A stretch of DNA of 64,000 bases from a virus. Taxonomy: Duplodnaviria; Caudoviricetes. Positions 57,917-64,000 of this stretch are shown here, piece after piece. The notes beneath the pieces were generated by a model. The model searched no databases. It saw nothing but the letters and a program-made list of their open reading frames with translations, and was not told where the DNA came from. The stretch spans positions 138,520-202,519 of IMG/VR virus record IMGVR_UViG_3300020471_000006. One strand, 5' to 3'. The stretch's first letter is position 1; every line of letters starts with the position of its first letter. The translations under genes were made by a program, and so were the position numbers.

Positions 57917-59338
57917 ATGGCTAACGTATCGTGGAGAAAATTAGGTCAGGTAAACAACAAGGGTGATATGTATCTCTTGGTTGTTTTCTCAAAAATGATG
58001 ATGCGTCAAGAATTACAGGTTGAGAGTCACGGCAAAGTTTTGTTGACTGCACCTCAGAAAGTATACGATGACATGGAAGATGTGTTCAATGGTGATCTTC
58101 CATATGATTCTGTTAAAGGAACTGATTCATTTAAGTCAAGATATAGTGGTGCTAAAGGAAAAGTTTTAGAAGTAAGAAAGATAGGTAAGACTAAGTTAGT
58201 AGATAAGATAGGTTTCACAAAAATCTTTAAGTCACCTGAGTTTGGAAGCAATACAGGATCAGGTGCTGGTGCAAAAGCAACAGAGATGTTTGAAAGTGCT
58301 GCATGTTGGATGACTGCTCTTGCATATCAAGCTGGTGGTATTCCAGATGGATATGTTTTGAAAGAATCAGACTTTGAAGGTGTGAAAAAGCATGTAGATA
58401 CAACTGCAACGTTACATGAAGCGTTTATGTTTCTGAATAACAATTCAGATTGGATGACTTCTACTATTAAGACAGCAAACAAACTATATTCAACTAATGA
58501 GTTTAAGAATCCTAAGTTCCATTTCTATAGAGGTAAGAAGGTTGTTGATGTAGTTGAAGAACATTTTAAAACTGTCAATAAGAATGAAGGTAGACCATTT
58601 TCTAACCTAAACAAGTGGACACCTGCTGATATGTACATGTGTGATTGTGATTTTGATAATACAATGATCACAGATACAGTTCTTTTTGCTGATTTGAATA
58701 CTAAGATGCAGATTTTAATTGATCAGAAGAAATTGATTGGTGTATCGTTGAAAGGTATTGGTTCTGGTAGTGCAAATATATCTAAGAAAAATTTCATAGG
58801 AGGACCAGCAAAGCAAAAGAGAAGATTTACTGGTATGAGAGCTAAGAGTTTGTTTGGTTCTATGGATGTATACTTTACAGCATCACCAGGTGATATAGAA
58901 GTACAGTTCCGTGCTACTGATACTGCTGGTAAGACATGGCAAGGTGAGGTAATGGGTGAATCGGCAAAGCATGGTAAGATAGGTGGTGGTGTATTGGATA
59001 ATGTTTTAACGAAAGTCTTAGGTAAAAGCAAAGGATTGTTTGCTAAGACAGGTTATTCAAAGACATCTGCAATAGCATCTGCTGCTAATACATTAGATAA
59101 GAAAATTTTTAAATTAGCCACAGATAACAAGGATATGTTTGAGGATGATGAAGAGATAACACTTGATAGAATCTCTGGCATGACACCAAAGTGGAAGTTT
59201 GCTAAGTATCTTGGTCTTGTCTTTGCTGATATCATGAGAACTGCTGATACAGATGATAAACATGATATTGCTACAAAATTATATCTGTATGCAACATCAG
59301 AATCAGATCAATCTGCACCATATATAAAGGTTTCTTAA
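57917..59338 (+). CDS. Hypothetical protein with a PD-(D/E)xK nuclease-like motif
   Basis: ATEMFES...NKWTPADMY...LIGVSLK; CTAAATA late-type promoter at 57889. Confidence 0.55.
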   Translation: MANVSWRKLGQVNNKGDMYLLVVFSKMMMRQELQVESHGKVLLTAPQKVYDDMEDVFNGDLPYDSVKGTDSFKSRYSGAKGKVLEVRKIGKTKLVDKIGFTKIFKSPEFGSNTGSGAGAKATEMFESAACWMTALAYQAGGIPDGYVLKESDFEGVKKHVDTTATLHEAFMFLNNNSDWMTSTIKTANKLYSTNEFKNPKFHFYRGKKVVDVVEEHFKTVNKNEGRPFSNLNKWTPADMYMCDCDFDNTMITDTVLFADLNTKMQILIDQKKLIGVSLKGIGSGSANISKKNFIGGPAKQKRRFTGMRAKSLFGSMDVYFTASPGDIEVQFRATDTAGKTWQGEVMGESAKHGKIGGGVLDNVLTKVLGKSKGLFAKTGYSKTSAIASAANTLDKKIFKLATDNKDMFEDDEEITLDRISGMTPKWKFAKYLGLVFADIMRTADTDDKHDIATKLYLYATSESDQSAPYIKVS

Positions 59339-60552
59339 TGGCTAACGTAACACAGTTAAAACATCTAGAACATTTGGAAGATGAGATGCTCAACTATGGA
59401 GTTGCTGGATGTAAAGCGTCTGTTAGTTTCTTACAGGAACTGAGAAAGATGCTTGGATGTGATGATAGCACAGGTTTTATGCAAACTAAGTGGGATGGTG
59501 CTCCTTCTATAGTTTGTGGTAAAGATCCTGCAAATGGACATTTCTTTGTAGGTACTAAAGGTGTCTTTGCAAAGACTGAACCTAAGATATGCTATGGTCC
59601 TGACCAAATTGATGAATGGTATGGTGATAAAGCAAACTTAGCTGCTGGTTTGAAACTTGCTTTGGAATATTTTTCTAAGTTAGGTATTGATGGTGTGATA
59701 CAGGGTGATTTTTTATTCACTTCTGCCACAAGAAAGGCAGAAACTATACATGGTGAGAAGGTTTATACATTTACACCAAACACTATTACATATGCTATAC
59801 CTGTAGACCATCCATTAGGTAAGCAAATTGGTCAAGCTAAGGTTGGTGTGGTATTTCATACTCATTATGCTGGAGAGAAGGATGGATGGGACATATCAAG
59901 TATGACTGCTAGACCAGGTGCTAAGGTTAAATCCAGTAAGGACGTTGTTTGTATAGAAAATGACACTCCAATGGACAGAGTTGGGTTGAATCATACTGAA
60001 GAGGTTAAGTTTGATAAGCATGTGTCAACCATTGAAAAATTGTGTGGAGATTGTGGGTATTTCCTTGATGAATTGGTGACAAATACAGGCACAACAGGTA
60101 ACGAAAAGTGGCATGTTGCATCATATTTGAAACAGTTCTTCAATGCAGAGATAAAAGCAGCACGTTCTATTACTAATGTTGATGCTACTTTTGCCAGTCT
60201 CTATAATTTTTATTATGACAAGACTAAGGCTATGCTTGATAAGATAAAGACACCTGCTAATAGGGTGGCTAAGTCTGATCTTGTATACAAGAGTCAAAAT
60301 TATCTAAGAGATAATCAATCTAAGTTTAAATCATTGCTTGGTCTCTATAAAGAGTTGCAGACAGTGAAGCAGATGGTTATAGATAAGTTGGATAAACTTG
60401 AGACCTTTAAAACTTTTGTTAGAACTGATCAAGGTTATAAAGTTACTGGTCCAGAGGGATATGTTATGCATAAAGACGGAGATATGATCAAATTTGTTAA
60501 CCGTCTTGAGTTTTCATACAATAATTTTACTGTAGCGAAGTCATGGCGTTAA
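59338..60552 (+). CDS. Ligase-like nucleotidyltransferase-fold protein (DUF6267-like)
   Basis: TKWDG (motif I), QGDFLF (III), VVFHT (IIIa), PEGYV (IV), IKFV (V) occur in the canonical order. Confidence 0.55.
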   Translation: MANVTQLKHLEHLEDEMLNYGVAGCKASVSFLQELRKMLGCDDSTGFMQTKWDGAPSIVCGKDPANGHFFVGTKGVFAKTEPKICYGPDQIDEWYGDKANLAAGLKLALEYFSKLGIDGVIQGDFLFTSATRKAETIHGEKVYTFTPNTITYAIPVDHPLGKQIGQAKVGVVFHTHYAGEKDGWDISSMTARPGAKVKSSKDVVCIENDTPMDRVGLNHTEEVKFDKHVSTIEKLCGDCGYFLDELVTNTGTTGNEKWHVASYLKQFFNAEIKAARSITNVDATFASLYNFYYDKTKAMLDKIKTPANRVAKSDLVYKSQNYLRDNQSKFKSLLGLYKELQTVKQMVIDKLDKLETFKTFVRTDQGYKVTGPEGYVMHKDGDMIKFVNRLEFSYNNFTVAKSWR

Positions 60553-61106
60553 AGTGTAACAAGTGCTACTTCACATTTGGTAGGTTTCAACCACCTACTA
60601 CAGGTCATAAGGACAATTTTAGTAATGTTAAACGTACTGCTAATGGTGAGGACTATAGAATCTATATTTCACACACTCATGACACTAAAGGTAGTAACCC
60701 ATTACCACCTGATAGAAAATTATTCTGGATGAACAAGATGTTTCCAGAGCATAGAGGTAAAATATTCAGTCTTCCGAAGGCAGATCCAGTAGCATGTTTA
60801 CAGAATATAATGATGTCTGGATATGATGAGGTGGTATTTCTTGTAGGGTCTGATAGGGTTAATGCTATGCAGTGGGTGCATAAATATAATCATAAAGACT
60901 TCACTTTTCGTACTATAGAGATAAAATCTTCTGGTAGTCGAGATGCAGACGGTGATACGTTTACCATATCTGGTACAAAGATGAGACGTGCAGCATTTGC
61001 TGGTGATTTTAAGTCATTTAAGGCAGGTATACCCACTTTAAATGACAAAGATGTGATGACTTTGATGAGTGAAATCAAAAGTAATCTACCAAAAAATTTC
61101 AAATGA
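60543..61106 (+). CDS. Cytidyltransferase-like (HxGH) nucleotidyltransferase
   Basis: FTFGRFQPPTTGH, VGSDRV, SG.RD.D, ISGTKMR. Confidence 0.85.
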   Translation: MALKCNKCYFTFGRFQPPTTGHKDNFSNVKRTANGEDYRIYISHTHDTKGSNPLPPDRKLFWMNKMFPEHRGKIFSLPKADPVACLQNIMMSGYDEVVFLVGSDRVNAMQWVHKYNHKDFTFRTIEIKSSGSRDADGDTFTISGTKMRRAAFAGDFKSFKAGIPTLNDKDVMTLMSEIKSNLPKNFK

Positions 61107-61318
61107 AAATCCTACACAGACTTCCAGTTGATGATTGGTTTGATGACGTTCCACACCCCCATGATACTATGCCTATTGCAAAAGACCCTAATGAGAATCC
61201 TAGACCAGAGGAAGAGATCGCTGATGATATAACTATGCATGAAAAAATGTATAGGATTGCCACAGATAAGTACAATCCGTTCTCTGTAGGTGGTTCTGAG
61301 AGTATCTCTGATAAATGA
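61103..61318 (+). CDS. Hypothetical protein
   Basis: 71 aa ORF with ATGA coupling. Confidence 0.55.
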   Translation: MKILHRLPVDDWFDDVPHPHDTMPIAKDPNENPRPEEEIADDITMHEKMYRIATDKYNPFSVGGSESISDK

Positions 61319-61527
61319 AAGACTTTAGAAAACTGAGAGAGCAGGCTATACGTCAGCAACATAGACATGCTGAAGGACTATCTGTTGGTGATAGGGTAAT
61401 GAATGCTGTTTCAGGTGAAAAGGGAACCATCCATAGGACAGGTGTCAACTACGTTATTTGTGTGACAGAGGGTGGAGACATGTTTCGTGCATGGGTAAAG
61501 GATATTCGTACTATAAATAGATCATAG
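61315..61527 (+). CDS. Small SH3/KOW-like protein
   Basis: VGDRV....GEKGTI...G.NYVI. Confidence 0.55.
   Translation: MKDFRKLREQAIRQQHRHAEGLSVGDRVMNAVSGEKGTIHRTGVNYVICVTEGGDMFRAWVKDIRTINRS
61512..61519 (+). promoter_or_regulatory. Late promoter TATAAATA
   Basis: Exact motif 28 nt upstream of ORF 61548. Confidence 0.7.
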
Positions 61528-61547
61528 AAATCTCTTCAATTTTAGAC

Positions 61548-62159
61548 ATGGAAAAGCAGAAGACAGTTAACAGTCTCGCACATAACGACGACTTTTCTAA
61601 GGCTCTCATGGAGTCTTACTCACGTTGGTCTGGTGGTGACGGTTTCCAGAACACTTCGATTGCTGAGGAAGAAATTCCTACAGGACAGAAGCAGGGTGGT
61701 ACTGCTTTTGCTACATTTGACACACCAATAGGATCAGTTCCTGCACCAGCATCTGATGCATCAACTTCGATTCCTACAATAGAGAAGCAGAAACCTGATG
61801 ATGGTAGCACAAAAGATCCTAAAGCAACATCTAATGGTGGTGAACCTGCTGTTGCACTAAAGGGTTCCATGACTATGGGGCAAGGATCTATGTCAGGTGG
61901 TGTTCCACAAACTAATGGTCAAGCAATCAACTATACTAATGTAGTTGCCAGAGAAGAAGCACAAGGAAGAGAGGCAGAACTCTGGGATGAAGCAACTAAG
62001 ATTCTTACAGAACTAAGTGAGTTAAATAAAACTACTTACACTGTTACAGGTGAGAAGTGGGAGATTGAGGACAAGCCTGTCATTGAAGAAGAGTCAGGAT
62101 GTTCTACTAAAGAGAAGCAGAGAAAGAAAGCTAAAAAAATTATGGGATATGTGAAATGA
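61548..62159 (+). CDS. Low-complexity late protein (possible internal head protein)
   Basis: Late promoter; Gly/Ser/Pro-rich, resembling the gp22 N-terminus. Confidence 0.55.
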   Translation: MEKQKTVNSLAHNDDFSKALMESYSRWSGGDGFQNTSIAEEEIPTGQKQGGTAFATFDTPIGSVPAPASDASTSIPTIEKQKPDDGSTKDPKATSNGGEPAVALKGSMTMGQGSMSGGVPQTNGQAINYTNVVAREEAQGREAELWDEATKILTELSELNKTTYTVTGEKWEIEDKPVIEEESGCSTKEKQRKKAKKIMGYVK

Positions 62160-62320
62160 AATCATACAGACAGTTTTTAGAGTATAGATTGCCAGTAGGT
62201 GACACTTTACCTGTTAATAAGAAAGGAAAAAAGAAAAGAAAAACTGTTGAAGTGATGCCAAAAGTCCCTGATGGACCAAGAGGTAATAATAATGACGCAG
62301 ACAGAGACGACAGAAAATAA
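62156..62320 (+). CDS. Small basic protein (54 aa)
   Basis: MKSYRQFLEY...KKGKKKRKTVEVMPKV. Confidence 0.5.
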   Translation: MKSYRQFLEYRLPVGDTLPVNKKGKKKRKTVEVMPKVPDGPRGNNNDADRDDRK

Positions 62321-62461
62321 GTGTGAACGTCTGGTATCTTTTTTAAAGTTACAACCTGATTATGTTACACCTATACCAAACACTCCTTACCCAGAAGGGT
62401 TGAGGAGATGGTTAAGGGTGCTTAATGAAGCAGACTATATATTCTAGTAGCTAAATTTATA

Positions 62462-63055
62462 ATGACTTTATCAAAAGAGGTTGTATTAGAAGCATTAAGG
62501 TGCTGTAGGGATGTTTACCCTAACGAAAAAGACTTTCTTGTCAGTAGGAAGGTGGAAGGTCATACCATTCTTGCTGTAGAAGGTACGAATGAAACAACAG
62601 ATTGGATCACTAATCTAAAGTTTCTTATTAAACGTGACGATTGTCACAGAGGATTCAAGAACAATGCTAACAGGACACTAGCAGAACTAGTGGTAGCATA
62701 TGAAGGATTGGATCCTAAGAGAAAGCTTGTTATTGCAGGTCATTCTCTTGGTGGAGCTACCGCAACACTTATTGCAGACTTGTTATGGGAGTCAGGCAAT
62801 AAGAATATTGCACTTGTAACTGCTGGATCACCTAGACCAGGTGGACGCAGACTACGTAGGAGGATCAAGGATCTTGAGCACTTGCGTTTTGTTCATGGAG
62901 ATGATATAGTACCTGGAACCCCACCATGGCTAGCAGGATATGTACACACACATCCAGTCATCAAGTTAAAAGACGAGAAGGACACCAGATTTGATGGTGT
63001 TGCTGATCATAACATGGGGTCATACTATGACGCAGCAGTGAAATATTATTCATGA
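62462..63055 (+). CDS. Class 3 lipase (alpha/beta hydrolase)
   Basis: VEGT....DW, HRGF, IAGHSLGGA nucleophile elbow, GSPRPG, RFVHGDDIVP, DH.M. Confidence 0.9.
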   Translation: MTLSKEVVLEALRCCRDVYPNEKDFLVSRKVEGHTILAVEGTNETTDWITNLKFLIKRDDCHRGFKNNANRTLAELVVAYEGLDPKRKLVIAGHSLGGATATLIADLLWESGNKNIALVTAGSPRPGGRRLRRRIKDLEHLRFVHGDDIVPGTPPWLAGYVHTHPVIKLKDEKDTRFDGVADHNMGSYYDAAVKYYS

Positions 63056-63186
63056 TTCTAGAAACCTTCTTGATATTTGCATCACTTCCCTTTGTAGCAT
63101 TGACACTTTACTTTGGTACAAAGGGTGGTTATTATGATAGTGATGACTATACTGGTGATGGTTGTGCTCACGATGTTCAACGATGA
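63052..63186 (+). CDS. 44 aa single-TM microprotein
   Basis: Hand translation [44 protein letters not shown]. Confidence 0.55.
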   Translation: MILETFLIFASLPFVALTLYFGTKGGYYDSDDYTGDGCAHDVQR

Positions 63187-63431
63187 TTGATTTTTTGTTA
63201 AATAATCATGAGTTCTTAGGTAATCATTCAATACCTGAGTTCCTTGTTGGTTACATATTTGGTGCAGCACTTATTATTGGTGCTCCTACAGTGTTCCTTC
63301 TTCTTGCTTTTATGTCTGCTTTAATGAAGACAAGTGGTAAGATGACTGGATACAAAGAGTATGAAAAGTATGGACCATCATCTTGTAATGATGCTCCACC
63401 ATTTATACTTCCAGATCCAACAAAGAAATGA
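63183..63431 (+). CDS. Small membrane protein
   Basis: TM segment [25 protein letters not shown]; start at ATGA overlap. Confidence 0.6.
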   Translation: MIDFLLNNHEFLGNHSIPEFLVGYIFGAALIIGAPTVFLLLAFMSALMKTSGKMTGYKEYEKYGPSSCNDAPPFILPDPTKK

Positions 63432-63571
63432 ATTCAATTTTTAAAATCTTTTATACAAAATGGTTTAGATCTGCACCAGTTGTAGCAACTATTTGGCTAA
63501 CTATTACAGCAGTAATACTCATAGAGTTTAATTACTTCTTCCCAGACCTTTTATTCCATCCAATGTCATGA
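63428..63571 (+). CDS. psaJ: Photosystem I subunit IX (PsaJ)
   Basis: Hand translation [47 protein letters not shown]; SAPV.AT.W...TA...IE.N.FFPD is the PsaJ signature. Confidence 0.9.
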   Translation: MNSIFKIFYTKWFRSAPVVATIWLTITAVILIEFNYFFPDLLFHPMS

Positions 63572-63726
63572 TTTTTCTATCTAAACCTTCAGTCTACTTA
63601 CTTCCTGGAACATGGGAAGCACCTGGTGTAGACTATCCTTTCCCTACTATTACAGCAATTAGTACCTTAGTGGTATTAGGACTGGCAGTATGGGGTGTTA
63701 CTCTCTATAAGAATAAAAAAGCATGA
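63568..63726 (+). CDS. 52 aa single-TM microprotein
   Basis: [52 protein letters not shown]. Confidence 0.55.
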   Translation: MIFLSKPSVYLLPGTWEAPGVDYPFPTITAISTLVVLGLAVWGVTLYKNKKA

Positions 63727-64000
63727 TTAAAGGAATCTTTAATTACATAAAGGAAGTTAAAGATACTGCTAAATATCTGTTCGATGGTCTATCTGTGACC
63801 TTCGATCACATGAGGAGAAGACCTGTAACAATACAGTATCCTTATGAGAAACTAATACCCTCTGAAAGATACCGAGGACGCATACACTACGAGTTTGATA
63901 AGTGTATAGCATGTGAGGTATGTGTCAGAGTGTGTCCAATAAATCTCCCAGTGGTCGATTGGGTGATGAATAAACAGACAAAGAAAAAAGAACTAAGAAA
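63723..64000 (+). CDS. ndhI: NAD(P)H-quinone oxidoreductase subunit I (3' truncated by window edge)
   Basis: Hand translation [80 protein letters not shown]...; CxxCxxCxxxCP 4Fe-4S motif. Confidence 0.95.
   Translation, partial: MIKGIFNYIKEVKDTAKYLFDGLSVTFDHMRRRPVTIQYPYEKLIPSERYRGRIHYEFDKCIACEVCVRVCPINLPVVDWVMNKQTKKKELR

Overview
64 kb segment of a T4-like marine cyanomyovirus genome, most likely a Prochlorococcus/Synechococcus phage. The basis is the gp13-gp23, gp3, uvsY/W, gp55, gp47/46, gp45/44/62, regA, gp43, uvsX and gp41 core synteny, TATAAATA late promoters, and cyanobacterial-type auxiliary genes. Layout: (1) 1-3291, three Cys/Gly-rich fibre-like paralogs and a chaperone-like gene. 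(2) 3400-12356, a sugar/modification island: GT9 heptosyltransferase-like gene, two carbamoyltransferases, three 2OG-Fe(II) oxygenases, split HldE, HAD phosphatase, cupin, and hldD, the only credible minus-strand gene. (3) 12395-34568, virion structure and packaging. (4) 34565-57520, recombination, replication and transcription core with insertions (pyrE, vWA-peptidase/MoxR pair, dam, psbN-like, hsp20, mazG). (5) 57917-61527, a nuclease-like + ligase-like + nucleotidyltransferase module. (6) 62462-64000, a lipase, micro membrane proteins, psaJ and a 3'-truncated ndhI. Several real genes (psbN-like, psaJ, ndhI, many <60 aa ORFs) are absent from the supplied ORF track and were translated by hand. 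All family assignments come from motif recognition, not database searches. No tRNA, rRNA, CRISPR array, intein or transposase was seen.
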